Source: Felis catus
Lineage: Eukaryota
NCBI RefSeq assembly: GCF_018350175.1
Contig: NC_058369.1
Span: 15,812,001-15,876,000, forward strand
Direction of reading: 5' to 3'
Length of the DNA stretch: 64,000 bases
Shown here: positions 22,451 through 34,790 of the stretch, in pieces
Position numbering within the stretch: position 1 is the stretch's first letter
Layout: every line of letters starts with the position of its first letter
The notes under the pieces: generated by a model
Database searches by the model: none
What the model saw: only the letters and a program-made list of their open reading frames with translations
What the model was told of the DNA's origin: nothing
Program-made: the position numbers and the translations under genes

Positions 22451-23235
22451 GGTGCCTCAGTTTCCCTATGCACACCACAGGTAATCACAGCATCAGCCTC
22501 ACTGACTTGTCACGGGGATTAAATGAGTGAGGCCCTCAGAACAATGCCAGGCGAGTGCCCCGTAGCTGCCAGCTCCGGGGTACCTGGATGGGGGAAGTGA
22601 AATGCAAGGCAGGAAGCTGTACCTTCAGAACACGGTCAGATCTGGGTACACGTTTGAATGGAGGACAAGAGCAAAAACCACTCAGCCGCACCACGGGCAG
22701 AATTATGTCGTGAGCCTTCATTTTCGCAGCCAGCCCCGGCTGGCATTACTCCAGGTGCTGGGTGTTCAAAAAGGAACAAACCGTTCCCTGCCCTCGAGAG
22801 GCCCGCGGGCTCACCGACGCGGAAAAGAACCTTCGGAGGCAGTGTGCTCAGTGTGATGTGAGGGACAGACTCTAGACACAGCAGCCTTGGAGAGGCGAGG
22901 AAGGCTTCCTAGAGGAGGTGATGTCAAAGGGAGATCTGGGGGATGAGGGGAGGTTGTCCAGGGAAAAGGGGGCTGGATGCCGGGTGCAGGGACGCTTATG
23001 CAGTAGTGCATATTCCGGACCATCCCGTGATTCGGAGGGGGGTGGGGGAGGGTTGTGCATAAGAGGAGGTGCTGTCGGGGTTTGTGGCTTGAAAGACGAG
23101 CAGGTTCTGCTGGTCGGGTTGAGTTGGCTCGCTCAGCGTCTTCAGTTCTGGCTAACTCATCTCACACACTGTGCATCCTGACCACAAAAGTCTCCTTGTC
23201 TCTCTCCTCTCTCTCTTTCTTGCTCGCCTTTGCTC

Positions 23236-23400
23236 AAACAAACTGAGGGTTACCAGAAGGGAGATGAATGGAGGGGATGGGGATTAAGGAGGGCACTTGT
23301 GATGAGCCCCGGGCCGTGTATGGAAGTGTCCAATCACTATACTCTGCACCTGAAACTAATATTACCCTGTTATGTTAACTACCTGGAACCTAAATAAAAA
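23236..23400 (+). mobile_element. Carnivore L1 3'-end fragment
   Basis: AAACAAACTGAGGGTT...GGATTAAGGAGGGCACTTGTGATGAG...CCTGAAACTAATATT...AATAAAAA. Confidence 0.85.
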
Positions 23401-23403
23401 CTT

Positions 23404-23628
23404 TTTAATTTTTTTTTTATTTTGTTTAATGTTTATTTATTTTTGACAGAGAGAGACAGAGCATGAGCGGGGGAGGGGCAGAGAGAGAGGGAGACGCAGA
23501 ATCCGAAGCAGGTTCCGGGCTCCGAGCTGTCAGTGCAGAGCCCGACGCGGGGCTCGAACTCACAGACCGTGAGATCATGACCTGAGCCAAAGTCGGATGC
23601 TCAACCGACTGAGCCACCCAGGTGCCCC
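23404..23628 (-). mobile_element. CAN/SINEC SINE
   Basis: Reverse SINE flanked by AAAAACTTTT. Confidence 0.95.
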
Positions 23629-23633
23629 AAAAA

Positions 23634-23846
23634 CTTTTTTTTTTAATTTTTTTAATTTATTTTTGAGACAGAGAGAGAGCATGAACGGGGGAGGGGCAGA
23701 GAGAGAGGGAGACACAGAATCGGAAGCAGGCTCCAGGCTCCGAGCCATCAGCCCAGAGCCCGACGCGGGGCTTGAACCCACGGACCGTGAGATCGTGACC
23801 TGAGCCGAAATCGGACGCTTAACCTACTGAGCCACCCAGGCGCCCC
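23634..23846 (-). mobile_element. CAN/SINEC SINE (tandem with previous)
   Basis: Reverse SINE flanked by AAAAACTTTT. Confidence 0.95.
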
Positions 23847-24595
23847 AAAAACTTTTTAAAAAAAGTCACCTTGTGTGTCATCGAATAACACTCCACCTGG
23901 GTGAGTCAACCAGCACACTGTTTTGGTGCTCAGAGAATGAAAAGTCACAAAGGTCCAAATCCTTGCCTTGAGGAAATGTGTGACCCCCTTCAAATGGAGG
24001 AGTGTTAAATAATTTGGGGTCCGCATTTCAAAACCACCACATGGAGACTCAGGGAGGATGTCCAGGAGGTAATGACACAGGCTAAGTCTGGAAAGGTGAG
24101 TAGGAGTGAGCAGAGAGAGAAGAGGAGGGAGAATGTGGCATCTGGGGACCACAAATGTAGAAATCAGGAGACAGGAAGCCCTGGGACTGGTTCAAAGGAC
24201 TCTAATTACAGCCCAAGAGGAGAAAGTGTGTCCTGGCAGGAGCCGTGGGAGATGAGGCAGGAAAGGGAGGCGAAGCTAAGGAAATTCATCCTGAATGGAG
24301 AAGTGAAAGGTTTTAAGCAGAGAGGATGCTCTTGGCTGCGAGTGACAACTAAAGTGGCTTAAGTAACGGCAGGCTGTTAATTTCCCAGAGGAAGATGATG
24401 CTAGGGTGGGTGCAGTAACTCAGCAATGTCTTCAAGAACTAGGGCCCTTTCTGTCTCACGTACCAGCCTCAGCACCTCTGTAGAACCATTCCTCATGATC
24501 GCAAAATGGCTGCTGTGGCACCAGGCATCATGGCTTGGTACAGCGTCCGGAGCGGGGGATAAGGAGGCATACGTGTGAACAAGTCACTCTCATTC

Positions 24596-24748
24596 GGAGA
24601 AATTTTGCAATGTCCGGGGGGGCATTTGGAGTTATCACAACTGGGAGGAAGCCGTTGATATCTAGCAGATAGAGGCCAACAGAATAGACTCCCAGGAAAG
24701 AAAATTATCCAAGTGGCAACAGCACCAAGGTGGAGACACCCTGGTCTA
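24596..24748 (+). mobile_element. MER20-like hAT DNA transposon remnant
   Basis: GCAATGTC...TCACAACTGGG...ATCTAG..GATAGAGGCCA...AAGGTGGAGACACCCTG. Confidence 0.6.
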
Positions 24749-25769
24749 AGCTGGCTGGGTGCCTTTGGTTTATAAGGGGAGGTGAAGTTGCCTCCCCTCC
24801 CTGTGCGTTTGAAGTGTAGAGCCCAAAGATCTTCTTTCGTGGCTCGGTTGCTGAGGAACCCTAGACACTGCCAGATCTGTCAATGTGTTATCAAGCTACA
24901 ACCATAGGGGGTTCCAGATAGATTGAAATGTAAGAAGTAACAGCAGAAAAAACAGGAAACAGAAATAGTTACCAGACGGATGGGTAAAGACTTACTTATA
25001 TGTTTATATATGTGTTGCATATCATCATAAACACAGTGTATCTATGAGCCTCAGCACATAGCCTTCGAGAAGGGCATTATTATCTGTCCCCGGTGATGAA
25101 TTGCTTTGCAGGACACAGCTTTCTTTCACTCTGATACATCGTTAGTTCCTGGAATTTCTGTTCCAGAGTTGTATCAAATGTAGTGTCTTTGTTTCCTTTT
25201 CAAAGTGGAATGACTGACCCGCCACCATAGGGGCAGTGATGGTGGGGAGTGGAGGAGGGGGGAGGATTTTGAAGGCAGGTGTTACCAACGTACCAGAAAT
25301 GCACCTTGTCTACCGTCAACCCAGACCCTGAAATGTTTCTGATACTTCCGCTGGGGGTTTCTGGTTTGACCTAGTTCTGACTTGATACCTTTTTCCTAAA
25401 CACCTTCCTTTTCCTGTTTCTTGTTTACTGTGGCGTTTGCCCCTTAGCCTTGTTTTGGAAAATGAGCCCTGCTGATTCGGTGTGGGTGTCAGTGGATCAC
25501 CGGCATGTGTGTGTATCCATGTGTGCAGGGGTCGGGGGCTGGGGAGGGTTCACCTCTATTTCCGTGTCAAAGCAAGTTAGCGGACAAAGCTCTGGGCTCC
25601 TTCGATAACAAAGACGAACTTGGCTTCCAGCACATCCTTACTGTGAAATCAACAGCTGCGAAGAATATAATAAAATAGAATATGTAAAAATATTAAAGCA
25701 ACTTCCTGCTCCTGAAAATCTTCACCGAGGAAGTTATTGCAAAAGAAACAGCAGACTTTAAAATAACCT

Positions 25770-26002
25770 GGGGGCGCCTGGGTGGCGCAGTCGGTTAAGC
25801 GTCTGACTTCAGCCAGGTCACGATCTCGCGGTCCATGAGTTCGAGCCCCGCATCAGGCTCTGGGCTGATGGCTCAGAGCCTGGAGCCTGTTTCCGATTCT
25901 GTGTCTCCCTCTCTCTCTGCCCCTCCCCCGTTCATGCTTTGTCTCTCTCTGTCCCAAAAATAAATAAACGTTGAAAAAAAATAAAAAAATAATAAAATAA
26001 AA
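25770..26002 (+). mobile_element. Young SINEC_Fc-type SINE
   Basis: Diagnostic positions; TSD TAAAATAACC. Confidence 0.95.
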
Positions 26003-26578
26003 AATAAAATAACCCAAAGATCAGAGAAGTCTCAAGGGGAATAATAATAATAAAAAAAGCACACAGAATGGAATAAAAATGAGTCAGAAAGGGAGCACTG
26101 AGAGGGAAATTCATTGCCAATTGCTTGCATCAGAAAAGAGAAACTCGCTCACAGAAATAATCTAAGCCCCAATCTTAAAATAAGCCCGGAACAAGAAAAG
26201 CAAAAATAAACTCCAAGTAAGTAGAAGGAAGAAAACTAAAGAGCAGAATAATAAAATTGAAAACAAAGACAACAGAAAAATGAAACAAGAGTTCATTCTT
26301 TGAGAAGATGGGATAAAAGTGATACATCTCTAGAAAGACTGACAGAAAAAACGAGAGAGAGAGAAAGGCACAAATTGCTAATATCAGGAATGAAACAGAC
26401 ATGTCACTACAGACCTTGCAGACATCACAGGAGAGCAGTCAAATCCTACAGACAACTCTACAACTTGGATGAAGCAAACCTATTACACAGGCTACCACAG
26501 CTCCCCCCAAGTGAAATAAATTAACCTCAATGGCCTTGTGACTTTTAAGGAAATTGAAGTCATAATTTAATCTAAAAA

Positions 26579-26772
26579 TTTTTTCATGTTTATTTTTGAG
26601 AGAGAGAGCGCACCAGCAGGGGAGGGACGGAGAGAGAAAGACACAGAATCAGAAGCAGGCCCAGGCTCTGAACTGTCAGCACAGAGCCTGAGGTGGGGCT
26701 CGAACTCAGGAACCGCGTGAATGACCTGAGCCGAAGTTGGACGCTTAACCGACGGAGCCACCCAGGTGCCCC
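26579..26772 (-). mobile_element. CAN/SINEC SINE
   Basis: TSD TGAAGTCATAATTT. Confidence 0.93.
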
Positions 26773-26800
26773 TGAAGTCATAATTTTAAAACTCCTGAGA

Positions 26801-26966
26801 GGGGAGCCTGGGTGGCTCCGTCGGCTGAGCGTCCAACTTCGGCTCAGGTCATGATCTCGTGGTTCGTGGGTTCGAGCCCCGCGTTGGGCTCTCTGCTGTC
26901 AGCACAGAGCCCACTTCGGATCCTCTGCCCCTCCCCAACTTGCGCTCTCTCAAAAATAAATAAAAC
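26801..26966 (+). mobile_element. CAN/SINEC SINE
   Basis: Outer TSD AAAACTCCTGA shared with the composite ending about 27234. Confidence 0.9.
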
Positions 26967-26968
26967 GA

Positions 26969-27200
26969 GGGGCGCCTGGGTGGTGCAGTCGGTTAAGCGT
27001 CCGACTTCAGCCAGGTCACGATCTCGCGGTCCGTGAGTTCGAGCCCCGCATCAGGCTCTGGGCTGATGGCTCAGAGCCTGGAGCCTGTTTCCGATTCTGG
27101 GTCTCCCTCTCTCTCTGCCCCTCCCCCGTTCATGCTCTGTCTCTCTCTGTCCCCAAAATAAATAAACGTTGGAAAAAAAATTAAAAAAGAAAAAAAAAAA
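26969..27200 (+). mobile_element. Young SINEC_Fc-type SINE inserted in the tail of the previous SINE
   Basis: Diagnostic positions; AAATAAAAC repeated on both sides. Confidence 0.93.
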
Positions 27201-27818
27201 TAAAACATTAAAAAACAATTTACAAAAACTCCTGAAAAAAAAAATCTCCAGGTCCAAATAATTTGGATGGGGAATTCTTCCAAATGTGCAAAGAAGAGTA
27301 AATGCTAATTTTACATAATCCCTTCAGGAAAATAGAGGAGAACCTTTCTCAACTCACGTTGTGAGGTCAGTATTACCCTATACCCACACGAGACAAAAAA
27401 TAGTACAAAAGGTACATAGCAACTAATACAGTAAAAGCATTTGACAAAATTCAACACCCATTCATGATCAAACACTCAAGAACCGGGGATGGGGGAGCTT
27501 TCTTAACTTGATAAAGAACATGTGTAACAATGACCAGCAGCTAACATCACACGAGTTGGGGAAAGACCGAGTGTTTCCTGGTAAGACTGGGAACAAGACA
27601 AAGACACATGCTTTTAACACTCTTATTCAGTATAGTAAGGCAAGAAAAGGAATAAAAGGCACGCAGAGTGGGAAGCAAGAAGTAAAACTGTACCTGTTTG
27701 CAGGTGGCATGATAATCTGTACAGAAAATACCAAGAATATCCAAAAACAACACACGACTGTAACAATTCCTAAGCCAGTAAAAGAGTTTAGCAAAGTTGA
27801 ATATAAGATCAACACATA

Positions 27819-28700
27819 TGGGAATGCAAGCTGGTGCAGCCACTCTGGAGAACAGTATGGAGGTTCCTCAAAAAACTAAAAATAGAACTACCCGACGACC
27901 CAGCAATGGCACGACTAGGCATTTGTCCACGGGATACAGGTGTGCTGTTTCTTTTTTTTTTTTTTTTTTTAATTTTTTTTTAACGTTTATTTATTTTTGA
28001 GACAGAGAGAGACAGAGCATGAACGGGGGAGGGACAGAGAGAGAGGGAGACACAGAATCGGAAGCAGGCTCCAGGCTCTGAGCCGTCAGCCCAGAGCCCG
28101 ACGCGGGGCTCGAACCCACGGACCGCGAGGTCGTGACCTGGCTGAAGTCGGACGCTTAACCGACTGCGCCACCCAGGCGCCCCCAGGTGTGCTGTTTCGA
28201 AGGGACACATGCACCCCCATGTTTACAGCAGCACCATCGACAATAGCCAAAGTATGGGAAGAGCCCAAATGTCCATCGATGGATGAATGGATAAAGAAGA
28301 TGTGGTATATATATATACAATGGAGTATTACTCGGCAATCAAGAAGAATGAAATCTTGCCATTTGCAACTACGTGGATGGAACTGGAGGGTATTATGCTG
28401 AGTGAAATTAGTCAGAGAAAGACAAAAATCATATGACTTCACTCATATGAAGACTTTAAGAGACAAAACAGATGAACATAAGGGAAGGGAAACAAAAATA
28501 ATATGAAAACAGGGAGGGGACAAAACAGAAGAGACTCATAAATATGGAGAACAAACTGAGGGTTCCTGGAGGGGTTGTGGGAGGGGGGATGGACTAAATG
28601 GGGAAGGGGCACTAAGGAATCTACTCCTGAAATCATTGTTGCACTAGATGCTAACTAACTTGGATGTAAATTTTAAAAAATAAAAAATAACATTAAAAAA
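27819..28700 (+). mobile_element. 5'-truncated feliform L1 (L1_Fc-like)
   Basis: ORF2 C-terminus and 3'UTR (TGGGAATGCAAGCTGGTGCAGCCACT...GAATGGATAAAGAAGATGTGG...CTAAGGAATCTACTCC), A tail, TSD AAGATCAACA(C/T)ATA at 27805-27818 and 28701-28714. Confidence 0.93.
27952..28183 (-). mobile_element. Young SINEC_Fc-type SINE nested in L1
   Basis: Perfect 15-bp TSD CAGGTGTGCTGTTTC (27937-27951, 28184-28198). Confidence 0.97.
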
Positions 28701-30889
28701 AAGATCAACATATAAAAAGCAATTGTATTTCTTTATGGAAAGCAAAATTAAAGTACAGTACCATTTACAATCTCTCGGAAAAGAAATATTTGTGCATACA
28801 TCACCAAAAGGTGTCTAGAACATGGATGCTGAAAATTACAAAATGTTGATGAAATCGAAAAGGAGATCTAAATAAATGGAGCGACATCCCATGTTCACGG
28901 GGTGGAAGATTCATCACAGTAAAAGTGTCATTTCTTTCCGAAACGATACGTAGTTACAATGCAATTCTGTCAAAATCTCGTAAGATTTTTTTTGTAGGCA
29001 TGCACAGGCTTATTCTAAAACCGATGTGGAAAGTAAAGGAAGTAAATGGCTAACGCAGGAAGGCAAGGCAAGGAATAGGAAGGAAAGAAGGAAGGAAGGA
29101 GAACCTCGATCTGAATGTGGGACTTTTCACACAACTTAACTCAAAATGCATCATGGACATACTCGCATATGTAAAATTAGAAAAACATAAGAGATGATTT
29201 GGCGGACCTACAGCTTGGTGAAGGGCTCTCAGACATAACACCAGAGTGTCACAAGCCTAAGACAGATAGATCAGACTCCAGCAAAATGAAACACGTTTGT
29301 TTGCTCTGCAAGTGACCCTGTAAGACCAGCCACGGACTGGGGGAGAATACTTGCGAACCACATAGGAGACAAAGGATTCTGCATATACACATTCGGGATG
29401 TACAGAAGATCCTTGACCTTCAGTAGTAACACAAAGAAACAAAGAAACAATTCAGTTAAAAGTTGGCAAAGGACTTGAAGGGACATTTCACCGAAGAGGA
29501 TAGACAAACGGCGGACAGACAAGTGCACGAAAGGACATTTCACTTTGCCAGCTGTGAGGGAAGTATGAACGGAAGCTGTGATGAAATACCACCACATACC
29601 TATACGAGAGAAAATCAAACACAGTAACAACACCAGATCCCGGCGAGGATGTGGAGAAACTAGATGTCCCCCTGCATCGCTGCTGGAAAAGCAAAAAGAC
29701 AGAGCCCCCCTGGCAAAGAGCTCGGCAGCGTCTGGCCACCCTGAACACACACTGGCAAAGACTCTTGGGCGTTGATCCCAGAGAAACGAGAATTCACCTT
29801 CTCGCAAAAACCTACCCGTGAATATTTGCAGAAGGTTAATGCTCGAGAGCCCCGAACTAGAGACAACCAAAAAGTCTCTCAATGGGTGATGAGTCTCTCA
29901 ATGGGCTCGATGGCATGTCGTGGGCTGCTGCTACCCCGTGATAAAATAAAAAGGAGCACGCTTTTGGGGTGTGCAACTCCTCGGATACATCTCGGTGGGG
30001 GGGGGGGGTGGTTATGATGAGTAAAACAAAAACAAAAACAAGAGCCCTGCGATCTCAAAAGGTCACAGGCCGTGCCATTCTATTCACATAGCCTTCTTGA
30101 AATGACAAAATCCTGGAGACGGAAAGCGGATGGGTCTTTGCCAGGGGATAGGGGGTTGGCGCCGTCAGGGAAGAGTCTCGGCGGGAGTGGTGGTTACCGG
30201 GATCTGCACACTCGATAAGACGGAACAGAACCACACATTGTATCAATGTCCAGTTCCCGGCGATATCGCGCCGCAGCCAAGGACGTGACCCTCGGCGGGA
30301 AAGGAGTGATGGGTAGGCGCTCTCTCTCTATGCCATTTTCACCGCTTCCTGTGAATCTTCAGTGACTTCCAACCTAAACGAACAAACAAGCTGTGGTCCT
30401 CCTACTGCTCGGCTTTAAAAGCTTCAACGGCTGTTGACTGCCCACGGCCGTGGGTTTACGACTGCAGAGTACTGGTGTGTCCCTTATGTTGTACCAAACA
30501 CGATCTCCAGGCGCTTGGCCCAGAAATCCTGATGCGGGAAGGTGGCGGGGAGGGGGCAGGGATCCCCAAGTCCAATGAGCTCAGCAGGTAACCAGGCCGC
30601 GCGAGGGGTCTTTCAGCTCACACGCTGAGAAACTCAGACTCTGGCTCTGTTCCTGGGCTCTAAGTTGACCGTGAATATCCTGCCGCATAACAAAATCCTC
30701 TGCTCGCCCGTCCCAGGACCAGGGTGAGGCAAGCGAGACGCCAGGGGGGTGGTGTTTAAGGAGGTGCTCACTCTCAGGTCCAGGCGGGTGCTGAGCTGGC
30801 TCCTTCCTGGAGCTGGGGGGGACTGTCCTTCAGTTTTGCACCTTGGATGCCTCTGCCCGGTCCCGGCCCTGCTCTCCCCACAAGGCCTT

Positions 30890-31390
30890 GGTCAAAAAAG
30901 GTTTGCAGCAGCTTTATTCGCTATAGCCCCAAACTGGAAACAACCGAAGGTCCATCAACAAGTGAACGGACCGCCAGATTGCGGTATAGTCATCCGACGG
31001 GAGAGAAGTCAGCGATGGAAAGGAACAGGCTACTATTATGTGCAACAACGCGGAAGGCTCTCACACACGGCATGCTGAGTAACACCCACGAGTTCATTCA
31101 GAACTGAATGGAACTTGGGAAACTCGGGGAAGGATAAATCTAATCTGCAGTGGTAGAAACTCGGGGAGAGACGAATCTAACCCACACTGACAGCAAATCG
31201 CTGGCTGCCTGGGGTGGGTGATTTGTCTAGGAAGGTGGGTGATTGCAAGGGCACTTTTGGGGGTGTCAGGAATGTTTTCTATCTTGACTGGTGGTGGTCA
31301 CACTGGTGTAGACTTGTGGGAATGCCTGTTTTAACGGGGGTACTTTCCATCGAATGTGAATTACCCATCTCCGTGAAGCTGATTAAAGAA
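30890..31390 (+). mobile_element. Old L1 (L1ME-like) 3' remnant
   Basis: GCAGCTTTATTCGCTATAGCCCCAAACTGGAAACAAC...AATGTTTTCTATCTTGA. Confidence 0.75.
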
Positions 31391-31404
31391 ACAAAGAGTC
31401 AGAT

Positions 31405-31630
31405 TGACCTTCCGACTCTCGATTTCAGCTCAGGTCATGATCCCGGGGCCAGGGGGTCGAGCCCAGTGTCTGGCTCCCCGCCGAGCGTGGAGCCTGCTTA
31501 AGATTCCCTCTCTCTCCCTCTACCCCTCTCCCCTGCTTACATGTATGCTCTCTCTCTCTCAACATATAAAATTAAATTAAAATAAAGTAAAACAAAATAA
31601 AACCAAATAAAAAAAATTTTAAATAAAAGA
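31405..31630 (+). mobile_element. 5'-truncated CAN/SINEC SINE
   Basis: CCGACTCTCGATTTCAGCTCAGGTCATGATC...GAGCCTGCTTAAGATTC, CT region, A tail. Confidence 0.85.
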
Positions 31631-33093
31631 AACAACACAGAAAAACAAAGAGAACCCCCAGCTGTCCCACAAAAGTCTGGACCCCGGGCTTGGCAGGGAA
31701 ACTTCTCTTGTTGATGGGCTCCAGGTACCACCCAATCTAGTAGGAAGAGCCTTGGTGAGGGGTCAGAACCCCTGGATCCTGATGCCGGTTCTCATAGGAA
31801 CTGCCTAGATGACCCACGGGTCGGTCATGATGACCTCTGAGTCCCCGTTTCCTCCTGGGCCGTGTCTACTTCGTGGTACAGACCTGGCCGAGCCCTGGTC
31901 ATCGCTCAGGAATTTCTACTGGTTCTTGGATGGAGACTTCCCTCTGTGCAGCCCTTTGAATTCAGGTCCCAAACGACTCTGGGAATATGGGACTTGCACA
32001 GCAATCACGTATACGCAGATGTAAGCTACGGACATCGCTTTTTTTTTTTACCCGAGTGAAAATCAGAAACTCATAGTATCAAAGGCTGATGAGAAGGCAG
32101 AAAGCGAGGACCGTCAGGGCAGGGCTGGTGGGAGTGTGAACAGGTGTAGCGCTCGGAGGACCATCTGGGTGGAGTTGAGCCTGCAGATATCCTCTGACCC
32201 CCCAGCTTCACTCCGGGGGGCGGGGGGAGGGTCCTCATCCAGAGACACTCCGCACAGGCCTCAGCAGGGAGTCGGGGAGACGCTCACTGCAGCGTCGTGT
32301 TTGATGGCAAAGAAATAAAATGAAATAAAATAAAATAGTCCGTCACTGGGGGACGCACATATACAGTGTCGACACGTGCACACATAGTGACACAAAGCAG
32401 CAGCCAGAAATGGGTCTCCGCGGCTGCAGCCCAAAAACATGATGTCGAGTAGAAACAAGTATTCCGGACCGTGTGTGCTTGTGGCACAGTGTCATTCAGG
32501 TCAACTACACGCATGCACACTGGGGTTCTGTGCGCCCAAGCAGACTGCAAAAAGGCTCCAGGCACGATTTTGAGGACGGCTCGGGTCCAGAACCAAAATC
32601 GCGTCTTCAGAGCCCGTGGTTTTTGATCTGGGCTTCACTGAATCCGCAGGGGAGGCTGAAGATGCTGACGTCTCACAGCCAGAGATTTCCGGTTAATTGG
32701 CCTGGAGCGCGGATCTGGACCACCGGGATTTTTTTTTTTTTTTAAGTCGCGTCCCCCCCTCCCTCCCAAGTGTGGCCAAGATCGAGGTGGCCCAGGGGCT
32801 TAGATTTGGTAAGCAAAACGACGGCTCAGGAGAGTCCTGTAATTTAGGCAAGACTGGGAGGCACAGCTATAACACGGAAAAGATACTCCCCTTGCAGAAT
32901 TGATGGGCTAGACGTGATGTTGGTCACTGGTGGCCATTCAGTGGCCCAACAAACGGTAGGCATTATTTTGAAAAAAAAAAAAAAATTAGATTATTGAAAT
33001 CATCAACATCAAAGTTGAAAGGTAGAATTGTGAATCCTGGTAAGTTCAGCTACTTCCCTGGGAAGGAGGGAAGCTTCTTACAAAAAAAAAAAA

Positions 33094-33316
33094 TTTTTTT
33101 TTTAATGTTTATTTATTTATTGAGAGAGAGAGAGAGCGAAAGAAGCCGAGCAAGCAGGGGAGGAGCAGAGAGAAGGAGAGACAGAATCTCAAGAAGGCTC
33201 CACGCCGTGAGCGCAGAGCCCGATGCACGCGGGACTTGAACTCACCAACCGCGAGATCGTGACCTGAGCCGAGAGGAAGAGTCGGACGCTTGACTAACTG
33301 AGCCATCCAGGCGCCC
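33094..33316 (-). mobile_element. CAN/SINEC SINE
   Basis: TSD GAGGGAAGCTTCT. Confidence 0.92.
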
Positions 33317-33760
33317 TGAGGGAAGCTTCTATATTGGTAAAGCAGGGGGCTGGACCTCCCCGGTGCCAAGTGTCCCCAACCGGGTCAGGAAGCTGGCTTT
33401 CTTGACAGTCACAAGTTGAAGATGTTAGAGAACTTACTGTGGGCCACTGCCCTCTACTGAAATAACACTGTCACTTCTGAATAGAGGATACTCAGACTTG
33501 CCACATAATTCCCCTTGAACTTCAACTCACTGAGGAAGGGGCTGACCCCTGTGTGAGCACTCACGGAAAATACTGCCCCTTAAAGGAATTCCTATAATCA
33601 TAGCAGCTAATACATGACCCCTCCTTACGTCTGTTCTAAGCATTCGGCATATGTTAATCCTCACGTCAAACACAACTCATCACACTGCACACGCAGAGGC
33701 AGGGACTATTATCATCTACATTGTATAGACGGGGGAACTGAGGCACAGAGAGACGGGGTA

Positions 33761-33852
33761 ACCTGCTGAAAGTCACACACCCTCTGGGAGCCAGCAAAGC
33801 AGGTTCACCTGCTGAAAGTCACACACCCTCCGGGAGCCAGCAAAGCAGGTTC
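33761..33852 (+). repeat. 46-bp tandem duplication within a MIR remnant
   Basis: 33761-33806 and 33807-33852 are identical except for one T/C; preceded by MIR-like GAACTGAGGCACAGAGAG. Confidence 0.95.
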
Positions 33853-34494
33853 CGGGGTCTATTCCTAACCAGCTCTGCTCTCTCCTGCCTCTCGAATGAA
33901 TGACTCTGATTCCTTTGATCTTCTCATGACAATTGTTCGGCAGCTGTCTTGTTGTCCCAGTATTTTTCCCCCCACTCAAAACACCCTCGGGTCTGTGCTC
34001 CACCCCTTGCTATGCCCTGCTCCTTCACCGCAAAATTCCTTGAGGGAAGAGCCCACATCCACTCTCCCCAGTGTTGGGGTTGCCATTCGTTCTCACGCCC
34101 AAATTCCTCAGGAGTCCCGCATCGCCCTACTTCTCTAATTTGCGTGTGCTCTCCCCAGATGGCCACCCATTCCCTTGGATCATAATCCTATACGAGGCCA
34201 GCCTCAAACCGAGGTAATGCACGTGACAGTTCACAATGCAAAGGCATTTTCAGAGCAACTGAGACCTTGGCTAGCTGTCACGAACATCTCATGGTGCAGG
34301 AAAGGCCAGGTGAATTCACGACCTCTGTTGTCACACTCCTTCCCCTACCTTCACGCCCGTGGCTGGATGAAGCCCCAAACACACAAGGCTTCTCGGGGGG
34401 GGGGGGCGGTTTTCCCCACACACTCCCCTGTTTTGTCCACCAGGAGGCAGTCTTCTCCCTTTACAGGCCCCCCTGCCTCCCTCTTCACCAGCCA

Positions 34495-34790
34495 AGTACA
34501 CAACCGTGGCTACTGAGCACAGGGTATGTGGATATGAGTGAACTGAGATGTGCTTAAGTGCACATTGCACACTAGACGCTGAAGATTTAGTACAAGAAAG
34601 AGAACGTAAAATATCCTATTAGCAAATGTAATAAACTGACCACAGTTTATGTAAATAAATAATAAATAGTCTCTTAGATATATTGAGTGAAAATTACCAC
34701 CACCCATTGAGTTTTAGATTTTTAAAAACGTGGCTGCTAAAACATTTTAAATGGCATATGTGACTCACTTTACACTTTGACTGGACAGTC
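34495..34790. mobile_element. MER3/MER33-like hAT DNA transposon remnant
   Basis: GTGGCTACTGAGCAC...GAACTGAGATGTGCT...GAAGATTTAGTACAA...GTGGCTGCTAAAACATTTTAAAT...TGGACAG. Confidence 0.7.

Larger units (their letters stand above)
26010..30380 (+). mobile_element. Old L1 (L1MC-like) ORF2-to-3' remnant hosting nested insertions
   Basis: AAAAGCATTTGACAAAATTCAACACCCATTCATGAT, GATCTAAATAAATGG and TGTATCAATGTCCAGTTCC...TTCCTGTGAATCT 3'-end signatures. Confidence 0.85.
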
